Shown here: piece by piece, positions 50,599 to 59,215 of the stretch
How positions within the stretch are numbered: the first letter of the stretch is position 1
How the letters are laid out: every line of letters starts with the position of its first letter
The notes under the pieces: generated by a model
What the model was told of the DNA's origin: nothing
The model's database searches: none
Seen by the model: the letters and a program-made list of their open reading frames with translations, nothing else
Assembly: GCA_964595645.1 (NCBI GenBank)
Contig: CAZQQT010000006.1
Location: forward strand, 32,001-96,000
Length of the DNA: 64,000 nt
Direction of reading: 5' to 3'
From: an uncultured Thermococci archaeon
Lineage (GTDB): Archaea; Methanobacteriota_B; Thermococci; Methanofastidiosales; B48-G16
Program-made: the position numbers and the translations under genes

Positions 50599-52553
50599 GC
50601 GGTCACCCCAGCAGTATCCATCGGCTCCATTTTTATCGTCCTGTACCCTCCTCTGGCCTCCCAGATGTCTCCTCGTTCGAGTGAGAAGGGAATACCAACG
50701 CGGAGCACGAACTCCTTGGTCAGGCCTCGAGCCACAGCCTCACTGAGAATCGCGTCAAGAGGAACTCCCTCGTGCTGCGACTGCAGGTCCCCCACAACCC
50801 CGAGTAGTACCTCAAATTTCTCATGCTGGGTGAATGGAGCAGATCGCCGATCCTCCTTGGACAGGTCGGACACGGTCGGACACGACCCCTCTTGTCCAAC
50901 GGATACTCCTCCGTTTCCCCGTTGCTTCTCATTTTGGGCGTCAATGATACCGTGGGATCGGTTGGACACCGTGCTGGAGTACGAGTAGATCTCCTCGACG
51001 AGGTCATCGAGATTCTTCCCCTCGGGTATACAGCCATTCTTCCCGTGATGTGTCCAAGCTCTCGAGACATCCAACAAGAACGATTTTAGGCTCTGTTTGT
51101 CGAGAGTGATTGGATATTCCCCATTGTCCAGGGCTGTCCAAGCTGTCCAATCCTTGCCCGTTTTCCAGTAGTGCCATGGACTGGTCTTCCATTCTCCCTC
51201 TTTCTCTCGATCCACGTACCCCAGATCGTAGAGGGTGTTCAGATACCGTCCCACCGTTTTTCTCGAGACGTTCTCCTTCCTTCTGAACATGCTCTCATAC
51301 ACCTCTGTACATCCCTTGGCTCGCTCTCGTTCCATGGGCAGGAGATCCAGGATTTCCTGTTCCTTCCGGTTCAGCTTACTGGACGTCTGTGCCCCGACCA
51401 CCTTCCAGAGGTCCATGGCGATCCGGTAGTCCTCGAGGGTGGCGAACAGGACACCGTGGAGAGCGTACCGCTCACGTTGGTGGGCGATGGCAGAAGCCTT
51501 GATGAGGGTGAGGAGGAACTTCGGAATCCTCCTATCGTGCGTCGCTCGTGTGAAAATCTTCTTTAACGCTCGCTTGTATGGGATGATCACGATATACTCC
51601 CTCTCCATGAGTAGCTGGGTGACCGCCCTCGCCACCGTGTAGCTCTCCGGCAACGCTCTCTCGAGACCGCATGCGGCCCGCTCGACTGTCAGTGCGATGG
51701 CCTTTTCGTCCGTCTCTTCTTCCTCGGAGGGATTGATCACCGTAAACCTGTTCATGAACTCCTCATGTTTTGGCTGGTGTACCGCCGCACACCACACCAC
51801 GATGTAGTTTGGGATGGAGAGGTCTCTCGTCTCCCGTTGCCCATTTTTTCCTTCTCCAGTAGCCCAGTGTCGTGATTTCGAGTGGTTATTCGATGTGATG
51901 GCCATAATAACATTGATCGCCTCCAGAGAATTATTGAACTCGTCGATGAACAAGATGCTGTGTTCGAGGAGCCTCTTCCGTTCTTCTGAGAGGTAGTAAA
52001 GTGCCTTCCCCGTGATACTCGATAGAATTATCCTTTTATGAACAGGGAAGAGCTCTATCACCGTCCCCATTAAGTGGGATTTCCCCTTTCCAGAGGCCCC
52101 GGTGGCGAACACATGCTCCTGGTGGCCCCAGAGGCAGGCGGTGAGTCCGGAGAGGTAGAGGTACTTCGATCGATCCCGATCCCCCACATGGACCAGTTCG
52201 ACCTGATCGGCCATCCACTCCATCACATTCTCGTGGGCGAGGATGTGCTCTGCTTTCTGTATGGTAGAGTTCTCAAAGTACTCGGGGATTCCAAGATCCT
52301 TACAGACCTCGTAGAACGATCGTGTGTCACCTCTGTCCTCCTCGATGGAGGAAAATCGTGAGCTCAAGAAGGCTTCTAGATTGGCGCCTTCGATGGTGTA
52401 CTTCTTTTTGACCTCCTCCAGCTGTCTGAAGACAGCGGTGGGGAGTACCGCCCTGTTCTCTTTCTCGTCCGTGATAAACGTCCCGATTAGGGTTTCCCAG
52501 TACTCCCACGCTCGGTTGAGCTCCTCCTGATTGCCATCCCACTTTCCGTTCAT
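50595..52553 (-). CDS. P-loop NTPase with wHTH, putative replication protein/helicase
   Basis: GASGKGKS, ILFIDE, FMNRF; C-terminal wHTH; GC-rich. Confidence 0.75.
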   Translation of the reverse strand: MNGKWDGNQEELNRAWEYWETLIGTFITDEKENRAVLPTAVFRQLEEVKKKYTIEGANLEAFLSSRFSSIEEDRGDTRSFYEVCKDLGIPEYFENSTIQKAEHILAHENVMEWMADQVELVHVGDRDRSKYLYLSGLTACLWGHQEHVFATGASGKGKSHLMGTVIELFPVHKRIILSSITGKALYYLSEERKRLLEHSILFIDEFNNSLEAINVIMAITSNNHSKSRHWATGEGKNGQRETRDLSIPNYIVVWCAAVHQPKHEEFMNRFTVINPSEEEETDEKAIALTVERAACGLERALPESYTVARAVTQLLMEREYIVIIPYKRALKKIFTRATHDRRIPKFLLTLIKASAIAHQRERYALHGVLFATLEDYRIAMDLWKVVGAQTSSKLNRKEQEILDLLPMERERAKGCTEVYESMFRRKENVSRKTVGRYLNTLYDLGYVDREKEGEWKTSPWHYWKTGKDWTAWTALDNGEYPITLDKQSLKSFLLDVSRAWTHHGKNGCIPEGKNLDDLVEEIYSYSSTVSNRSHGIIDAQNEKQRGNGGVSVGQEGSCPTVSDLSKEDRRSAPFTQHEKFEVLLGVVGDLQSQHEGVPLDAILSEAVARGLTKEFVLRVGIPFSLERGDIWEARGGYRTIKMEPMDTAGVTA

Positions 52554-52798
52554 TGTTTCTTCCTCCGTGTAAGTGTGAAGAGCCGGATGTTCACATTACT
52601 GTAGAGCTCTTCAGCCTTTCCGAGGCCCTTTAATGCGTCCAAATGCTTCAGTGCGGTGGTTCTTGTCGTCCTCGCATCTTTAGCAATCTCGCCAATGGAC
52701 TTAGGTCGCTCTGTGGAGAGGACCCCGAGTATCCTTCTCCGTATCGCAAGATCCGGACTCGGTCCATTCTTTCGATCTCCGTGGGGGTTGTTATCCAT
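52550..52798 (-). CDS. wHTH DNA-binding protein
   Basis: RRILGVL...SIGEIAKD...RTTALKHLDAL; translationally coupled to the NTPase; start uncertain. Confidence 0.75.
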   Translation of the reverse strand: MDNNPHGDRKNGPSPDLAIRRRILGVLSTERPKSIGEIAKDARTTRTTALKHLDALKGLGKAEELYSNVNIRLFTLTRRKKQ

Positions 52799-53027
52799 AA
52801 TCGACACTGAACCCCCTCCCTTCTTAAACACGATACGCACCTCCCCATATATCCACTGAAAGGTGAAGTGATCGAGAAACGTTAAATGAAGTGTCCAAGA
52901 TGACTTCTTCATTCCACAAAATACCTCCAAAAAACGTACTGATCGTGTTTCTAAAGGCCACATATATCGATTTCCATGGAATTGGCCGAATTGACGGTAT
53001 TAAAAGGGGGAATGGGCAGCGTGAGAA

Positions 53028-53222
53028 AGGATACTGTGGAATTATTGCCCCAATTGCCGCTCACAACTTCTTCAACATTGCTGTCATTCTCATGGGGTAG
53101 AAAATGACTGCAAAGACACTTATTAATTAACAAGTGTCTTCAGAGCACGTGATGGAGAGTAGAAGTGCGTATCCCCTTTAAGAACCCCCCGTTCGCGAAG
53201 AAGGTGGAGTTGATAAAAAATG
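53028..53222. repeat. ~195-bp direct repeat, copy 1
   Basis: Matches 54518-54713; conserved ends, diverged central hairpin. Confidence 0.9.
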
Positions 53223-53643
53223 AGTCGACGGGGACACGGAGAACCACATCGTTACTAGTAGGAGAGAGTAATGTATACTGGAAAAGGTCTCGCCGAAGTT
53301 CGCAGTCAATTCCACAGTGCAATTGTGCTCAGGAGGTAGGAGATGTTTTGAAAGACAGTACTGGTGGTCAGTACTGTTTTTGGAGCACAGTATGGAGAGG
53401 GATCGTACCTATCAGCTGTATACCCCTTCGTTCTTGAAAGGGTAAAAACTGCCATGAAAAAGAATGATCGGATTAAGAGTTAGAAGAACTTGAATAGTGA
53501 AATCAAAGGATGGTAGATATTTAATCTAGCTAATGCCATCTAATTTTATTCAATAATCTAGAGGCAGGATACTACTGTTGTCCATAGCTGGAACCTGTAA
53601 GCGACACCCTTAAATACGTCGAAAGTAGATACATGGTAAGGAG

Positions 53644-53865
53644 GTGAAAATCGTGCATGAAAAAGAAATAGAAATGAAAATGCAAGAGCTCCCTGAAGAT
53701 TTGAGAAGAGAGGTTTTAGACTATGTGGAGTTTCTGTTGAGAAAGTATGACGATAGAAAGATCGCAGCAAAAAAGTTTACGTTTAACTGGGAAGGTGGTC
53801 TCGCAGAGATAGGGGATACATTTACCTCTGTTGAGCTACAACATAAAACGTTGGAGTGGCGGTAA
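53644..53865 (+). CDS. DUF2281-type antitoxin
   Basis: LPEDLRREVLDYVEFL...FNWEGGL...SVELQH. Confidence 0.8.
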   Translation: MKIVHEKEIEMKMQELPEDLRREVLDYVEFLLRKYDDRKIAAKKFTFNWEGGLAEIGDTFTSVELQHKTLEWR

Positions 53866-54242
53866 TGTTTTTAGTTGATACGAATGTATTTTTGGAGATA
53901 CTCTTGACGCGAGATAAAAAAGAAGATTGTAAGCAATTTTTGAATGACAATATTGGAAATCTCACCATGACAGATTTTTCTTTGCACTCTATTGGTGTAA
54001 TTCTATTTAGATATAGGAAAGAGGATATTTTTCAGAACTTTGTTGAAGATATCATACCGAGTATCAAACTTCTCTCATTGCCGAGGGAGCTGTATAGAAA
54101 AATTGCACACGTCAGAACGAGCTTGAATTTAGATTTTGATGACGCTTATCAGTATAGCATGGCTAAATATTATAGGCTGGAACTGGTTACGATGGATAAG
54201 GATTTTGAGAGGATAGAAGATGTTGAAGTGTTGTTCTTGTAG
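53865..54242 (+). CDS. vapC: PIN-domain toxin
   Basis: LVDTNVFLE, LDFDDA, TMDKDF. Confidence 0.88.
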   Translation: MFLVDTNVFLEILLTRDKKEDCKQFLNDNIGNLTMTDFSLHSIGVILFRYRKEDIFQNFVEDIIPSIKLLSLPRELYRKIAHVRTSLNLDFDDAYQYSMAKYYRLELVTMDKDFERIEDVEVLFL

Positions 54243-54517
54243 ATTTTTTTTATTTCGCCAAAGGAATTTCATCTATATCAAGAAAGACAAATGTCACTGA
54301 GAGGCACAAGCGGTGAGATCACGTTCTTAAAAAAAGATGGCAGTGAGTTGATTGTCAAAAAAGACAGGAAAAAGAAACATTTTCTCTTCTGAGCTTGTTC
54401 AAAGGAAGAACTTCAGAGGCTGCTGAATGGTGATCTGGGTAGGGTTATTCAACTCGAGTCGTGCCGCTACCGATCTCCGAATTTAGAGTATTGAAACGAA
54501 ATGGGAGAGTTTTGGGG

Positions 54518-54713
54518 AGGATACTGTGGAATTATTGCCCCAATTGCCGCTCACAACTTCTTCAACATTGCAGTCATTCTCATGAGTTAGGAGATGCCCG
54601 GAAGTACACTTATGACTATCATAAGTGTACACGGAGCACGTGATGGAGAGTAGAAGTGCGTATCCCCTTTAAGAACCCCCTGTTCGCGAAGGAGGTGGAG
54701 TTGATACAAAATG
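54518..54713. repeat. ~195-bp direct repeat, copy 2
   Basis: Matches 53028-53222. Confidence 0.9.
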
Positions 54714-54860
54714 GGTATAGACGACTATAAAAAGAAACTGGTAGACCACGCGAAAACCTCACCGTGGAGGACTTCGCCACGAAGATCCGGGAAGGTGAGC
54801 CGTCACTGCCTATGGCAACAAAGGAGAAAAAGGTACCTCCCACGTCTTTGAATGGCCGGA

Positions 54861-56093
54861 TCACGTAGGTTCTTCCTCTTTTTTTCGTTTCTCCACCAGC
54901 TCTCGGAACTCCCGATGGAGTGAGGGATACTTCTGGAGGATCGTCATGAGATCCATGAGTTTATCCAGGTTTTTCAGCTCCTCCGGGTCCGCCCTGGCGA
55001 TCAGGGGGATGGCCCTCATGAGCTTCTCGGCACCCCGATCCATCCTCGCCCGCTCCTCCTCGCTGAGCACCGTTCCACACCGGCTACAGTACCGCTCCGT
55101 GGGACCGTTCACGTACCCGCACCGAGGACACTTTGTGATGTCACTTTTTTCCTCTTCCTCCTTTTTCAAGCCGTACATGCCAAGGACCCTGTTGTCGATA
55201 TCGCGACCACTAAGGTGGACGTAGGTGGCGGTCATGTCGCTTCCCTGGACCCACCCCATGTAGGCACACAGCTCGGGCTCAGTGAGATGTTTGAGGAGAT
55301 CCCGAACCCTGGAGTGACGGAAGAGGTGAGGATGGACATCTTTGTCAATCCCCGCTTTCTTCGCGATTTTTCTGATTCGCTGCCGGAAGGAGTGGTAGGT
55401 GAGGGGCCGGTGGTCGTCCACGAGGGTCACCCAGAGGGGAGCGTCCCGCTCATCTCTCCGGGGATGGACATCCAACCACTTCGCGAGAATCGACGTGGAG
55501 GTCACGAGGCGGACGGGACGCTCTCCTGTTTTCCCCATCACTTTGATGACCGCTCCGTAGTCATCGAAGGACACATTTTTGATTTTGAGGTGACCGAGTT
55601 CTCCAATTCGCAGTCCCCCCTCGTAGAGTACCGCGATGATCGCCTTATCTCTGATGTACGGGGCAGCCTCGATCATCTTCGTGATGTCCTCCTTCGTGAG
55701 GAGATCGTCCGGTGACTTCCGCCGCGTCTTCTTCACCGTGGTCTTCACGTCTTTCGTCAGCTCTTCTTTCTCTAAGTAGCGGAACAGCCGTTTCAACACG
55801 ACCTTGTAATCTGCTTTGGTCCATTCAGAGTAGTCCGACCGTTCCAACTCTGCGAGAAAAGAGATCACGTCCTGCTCATCCCACTCGGTGAAGGGTTTCT
55901 CCTCTGTCCGTTCTACCATCATCTTCAAATGTCCCGCATATTTGGAGATCCGTGCCTTCGATAGTCCCTCCGCAGTGAGTTTCTCGAGAAAGTTCTCCAC
56001 GATCTCTACATTCTCTTCGTTGTCGAACGCTTCAATGGCACCCTTGTAGAGCTCAATTCTGCGGTCGTAATTGTAGAGGTTATTTTCTTTCAT
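54861..56093 (-). CDS. Tyrosine integrase with C-terminal Zn ribbon
   Basis: GLRIGE, GKTG, HPHLFRHS, GW...TYVHL; CPRC...CSRC. Confidence 0.92.
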   Translation of the reverse strand: MKENNLYNYDRRIELYKGAIEAFDNEENVEIVENFLEKLTAEGLSKARISKYAGHLKMMVERTEEKPFTEWDEQDVISFLAELERSDYSEWTKADYKVVLKRLFRYLEKEELTKDVKTTVKKTRRKSPDDLLTKEDITKMIEAAPYIRDKAIIAVLYEGGLRIGELGHLKIKNVSFDDYGAVIKVMGKTGERPVRLVTSTSILAKWLDVHPRRDERDAPLWVTLVDDHRPLTYHSFRQRIRKIAKKAGIDKDVHPHLFRHSRVRDLLKHLTEPELCAYMGWVQGSDMTATYVHLSGRDIDNRVLGMYGLKKEEEEKSDITKCPRCGYVNGPTERYCSRCGTVLSEEERARMDRGAEKLMRAIPLIARADPEELKNLDKLMDLMTILQKYPSLHREFRELVEKRKKEEEPT

Positions 56094-56130
56094 ATAGTAT
56101 CTTAGCGACGCTATCCTTTATTAAGTTTAC

Positions 56131-56145
56131 GGTAGGCGTTAAATT
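56131..56145 (-). repeat. Putative integrase arm/binding site, right end
   Basis: Minus strand AATTTAACGCCTACC. Confidence 0.7.
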
Positions 56146-56155
56146 AAGAAAAGAG

Positions 56156-56229
56156 CGCCGTCAGCCGGATTTGAACCGGCGGCCGCCTGGTTAACAGCCA
56201 GGTGCTCTACCGAACTAAGCTATGACGGC
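56156..56229 (-). tRNA. tRNA-Asn(GTT), integration target
   Basis: GCCGTCA...CCTGG-CTGTTAA-CCAGG...GTTCAAATC...TGACGGCG. Confidence 0.95.
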
Positions 56230-56296
56230 ACATACTACACAATCCCGAGTACCTATAAAAATTTTTCGTGTGTGAAAATATAAAGGAAAAGAGGGA

Positions 56297-56614
56297 TTAT
56301 CCGAACAGGGAACCGAGCCCCTCGAGGGCCTCTTCTTCAGAAGCTTCCTCTTCTTCTTCCTCTTCTTCCTCTTCCTCTTTTTCTTCTTTGGCTTCTTCCT
56401 TCGCTGCTCCCGAAGGTGCTCCAGCAGCCGGAGCCACCATCTGTCCAGACTTGATAGCCTCATCAATATCGACGCCTTCCAGCGCTGCGATGAGTGCTTT
56501 GACTCTCGTCTCATCAGCATCAATGCCGGCAGCTTTCACTACCTCCGTTATATTTTCCTCACTTATTTCTTTTCCAGCTGAATGAAGAACCATTGCTGCA
56601 TATACATACTCCAT
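56297..56614 (-). CDS. rpl12: 50S ribosomal protein P1/L12
   Basis: [11 protein letters not shown], acidic tail, GLGSLFG. Confidence 0.95.
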   Translation of the reverse strand: MEYVYAAMVLHSAGKEISEENITEVVKAAGIDADETRVKALIAALEGVDIDEAIKSGQMVAPAAGAPSGAAKEEAKEEKEEEEEEEEEEEASEEEALEGLGSLFG

Positions 56615-56624
56615 TTAATTCACC

Positions 56625-57440
56625 TCATTTTAGTATAGACGAAAGGGCCGAAGCATCTCGATGTGCTTTGCCCAGTATTATTTTTATCGTATCTTTATTT
56701 ACTACCTGTAACTCAAGAGCTAAGGAGATTGCCTCTCTCTGTGCCTTTCCGATAAGCGCGGTAATTGTTTCTCTTTCTGCAATTCCTGCGTAGAGTGCGA
56801 GGTTCATTGCGTCATTATACGCACGTGCGATATTTTCCTTGTACTGTTGCGTGTCCACTTTCAGTACCTCGGGTTTGAAGATCGTGCCATCCTCGTAGGT
56901 AGCAACTAAGTCCAACCCGACTTCCATGGGCTCCATCTTCAGTTTCGTCAGAATATCTGCCAGTTTCTTCGATATCTCTTCGCCCTCTTTGACGACGACG
57001 GTGTCCTTTTTCACGTGGATACTTCCCTTCTTCACCTGTGCAGGAACACCAACACTCTGCAGTTCACCGATCATCGGGCCCGGCGGGAATCCTGTGTCTC
57101 CCTTCTCAACAACGATGTCGCGTGGTGCTTTCTCTCCAGCCTTTGCAGGAGCAGGAGCCTTTCCCTCTTCAAGCGCCTTGTAGAGTTTGAAGGAGTTCAT
57201 ATCGGTGAAGATAAATCCAGCGTTGCCTTTCACGCGATCCATAATCTCGCTGTCTCCCAGCGCCAGTTTCATCAACGTGTTTCTCGCGACGCGAAGTGTT
57301 GCCTTATCTCGTAGGTTGCCTCGCATCTGCTGCATCTGTTTTGAAGGAATATCGTTAATATTCACAATGGCAAAGATCTCATGGCTGTCTAAAAGCTCTT
57401 TTAGCTCTTTCACCGTCTCTTTTTTCCATTTAGTCGTCAT
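56625..57440 (-). CDS. rpl10: 50S ribosomal protein L10/P0
   Basis: WKKETV, RVARNTL, TGFPPGP. Confidence 0.93.
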   Translation of the reverse strand: MTTKWKKETVKELKELLDSHEIFAIVNINDIPSKQMQQMRGNLRDKATLRVARNTLMKLALGDSEIMDRVKGNAGFIFTDMNSFKLYKALEEGKAPAPAKAGEKAPRDIVVEKGDTGFPPGPMIGELQSVGVPAQVKKGSIHVKKDTVVVKEGEEISKKLADILTKLKMEPMEVGLDLVATYEDGTIFKPEVLKVDTQQYKENIARAYNDAMNLALYAGIAERETITALIGKAQREAISLALELQVVNKDTIKIILGKAHRDASALSSILK

Positions 57441-58072
57441 TACATCACCTTGACAGTAGGACCCATCGTTGTTTTAACCAAGATCGATTTAAAAACATTT
57501 CTCCCCTGATACTTTCGCTCTACAGCATTTACCACAGTGTTTCCGTTCTCTGCAATTTCATCGTCATCCATGGCTTCACTCCCTATCATCGTTTGAATCA
57601 AGGGGGCGTCGCGGGTATTGATTCGTACCGATTTTTCCAGTTTTTCAATCACTGGCTCGAGCGATGCGGTCGGTGGGAGAATTGTGGGCATCTTATTCCG
57701 TCGTCCCAGCACCGGACCGAGCGCCTTCCCAATGAACGGCATCATATCCGCCTGTGCAATGAAAAAATCGTACTCATTTGCCATTTTTCGTGCTTCCCGT
57801 TTTTCTTCAACAATGTCTTCTAACTCGTCCTTGGAAAAAACAGGAAGTCCATGGTTTTTTGCTCGTACTGCCATATCGCCCTCTGCGAAGACTCCAATTT
57901 TTGTTTCTTTCCCTTGACCATTGGGAAGCGCAATCTCTTCTTTCATTTTGTTCTCGGGATCTTTCATATCTACGTCGCGTAGGTTGATAATGATGTCAAT
58001 CGATTGTGTGAAGTTTCTCGGCTTACTTTTCTCCTTCGCCTCCTTCACCGCTTTTTTTAGTTCGTCCAGCAT
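57440..58072 (-). CDS. rpl1: 50S ribosomal protein L1
   Basis: RNFTQSID, LGPVLGRRNKMP, KTTMGP. Confidence 0.95.
   Translation of the reverse strand: MLDELKKAVKEAKEKSKPRNFTQSIDIIINLRDVDMKDPENKMKEEIALPNGQGKETKIGVFAEGDMAVRAKNHGLPVFSKDELEDIVEEKREARKMANEYDFFIAQADMMPFIGKALGPVLGRRNKMPTILPPTASLEPVIEKLEKSVRINTRDAPLIQTMIGSEAMDDDEIAENGNTVVNAVERKYQGRNVFKSILVKTTMGPTVKVM
58008..58048 (-). promoter_or_regulatory. L1-binding translational autoregulatory site within rpl1 mRNA
   Basis: GUGAAGGAGGC...GCCGAGAAACUUCAC 24 nt after the start, matching the Methanococcales L1 operator pattern as I recall it. Confidence 0.75.
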
Positions 58073-58080
58073 TCAATCAC

Positions 58081-58554
58081 CTAAAACATATTGTCGTACT
58101 TTCCTTCATCAATTTCTTGTATTACCTCTCGTGGATTCTTTCCTTCTACACTCACTCCTGCAGAAAGACAGGTCCCCAATACTTCTTTTACACCACTCTT
58201 CATATCTCCAGAAAGCATCCCCTCCCTTTTCATCCTTGCTATTTTTAAAGCTTTCTCCACACTCAGATCGCCTATGATTTCTGATCCAGGATTCTGCGAA
58301 CCCTTTTCTGCACCGATCTCTTTGAGTATGAGCGAGGATGTTGGTGGTGTACCTACTTTGATCTCAAAGTTCTTCTTCTCATCCACAATCACCTTGACGG
58401 GGACCTTCATCCCCTCAAAATCCTTCGTCTTTTTGTTAATTTCTTGTATGACATTGCCTATATTCACACCCATTGGACCCAAGGCTGGACCCAGTGGTGG
58501 ACCTGCTGAAGCCTGTCCTCCATCGACAAGAGCTTCCAATGTTTTCTTCGCCAT
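58081..58554 (-). CDS. rpl11: 50S ribosomal protein L11
   Basis: GGQASAGPPLGPALGP. Confidence 0.95.
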   Translation of the reverse strand: MAKKTLEALVDGGQASAGPPLGPALGPMGVNIGNVIQEINKKTKDFEGMKVPVKVIVDEKKNFEIKVGTPPTSSLILKEIGAEKGSQNPGSEIIGDLSVEKALKIARMKREGMLSGDMKSGVKEVLGTCLSAGVSVEGKNPREVIQEIDEGKYDNMF

Positions 58555-58558
58555 GATA

Positions 58559-59014
58559 TCACCTCTTTTCAATCATCCGTACGTAATCTCCCTTCACAGT
58601 GATGGGAATTGGAACGGCTGCACTCAGGAGCTCTACGGTGAGCTCTTCCTTCGACTCATCGACTCGTACTACCTTTGCTTTCTCCCCTTTAAATGCACCA
58701 CCAATAATCTCGACGATATCTCCTTTCTCGATTCCTGTCACTGTGGGTTTCGCTTCTAAAAAATGCTCAATCTCGTCCAGTGCTACTTCTCCTTCGAGAA
58801 TTCCTCTCACATTGTGAATTCCTTCAACTGCTTCCTCCACAGCGCCAATATCCTCTGCTTCGAGGAATATATAGCCTTTCAAAGGCTCTGGAGCGAGGAT
58901 TGAAAAAACTTTTATTCCTTTATTTTTTATCGCAGCCTCCATCATGGAGGCCACATTTTTCTCCTGATTGACAGTAACCTTTACTGTAAAAATCTTAGAA
59001 GCTCGTTCTTCCAT
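58559..59014 (-). CDS. spt5: Transcription elongation factor Spt5
   Basis: NGN domain (KGYIFLEA) and KOW (GDIVEIIGGAFKG). Confidence 0.95.
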   Translation of the reverse strand: MEERASKIFTVKVTVNQEKNVASMMEAAIKNKGIKVFSILAPEPLKGYIFLEAEDIGAVEEAVEGIHNVRGILEGEVALDEIEHFLEAKPTVTGIEKGDIVEIIGGAFKGEKAKVVRVDESKEELTVELLSAAVPIPITVKGDYVRMIEKR

Positions 59015-59019
59015 TGAAA

Positions 59020-59205
59020 TCACGCATACCGTGTTATTAATTCGGCAATAAGTATTATTAAAAAGCCTAATAGTCCAATCAAAACTATACCCAATCCAGT
59101 AATCTTAGAAGTCTGAGTATACTCTTGTTTATCGGGCTTTTTTGCCAGTCTCCATACTCGTCTGCTACTTTTGAAAAAATTTAAAATTTTATCTTGTGTT
59201 CCCAT
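59020..59205 (-). CDS. secE: Protein translocase SecE/Sec61-gamma
   Basis: RRVWRLAKKPDKQEY plus a TM helix. Confidence 0.92.
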   Translation of the reverse strand: MGTQDKILNFFKSSRRVWRLAKKPDKQEYTQTSKITGLGIVLIGLLGFLIILIAELITRYA

Positions 59206-59215
59206 TGTATTCACC

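Larger units (their letters stand above)
1278..56171. mobile_element. ~55-kb integrative element in tRNA-Asn(GTT)
   Basis: 16-bp terminal direct repeat, tyrosine integrase next to the intact tRNA, symmetric arm-like sites, replication-like module, core genes on both flanks. Confidence 0.88.

Noticed and set aside
53050-53068. Resemblance of TTGTGAGCGG to the lac operator (vector contamination)
   Set aside because: Only about 10 bp match, embedded in both natural repeat copies, with no other vector sequence
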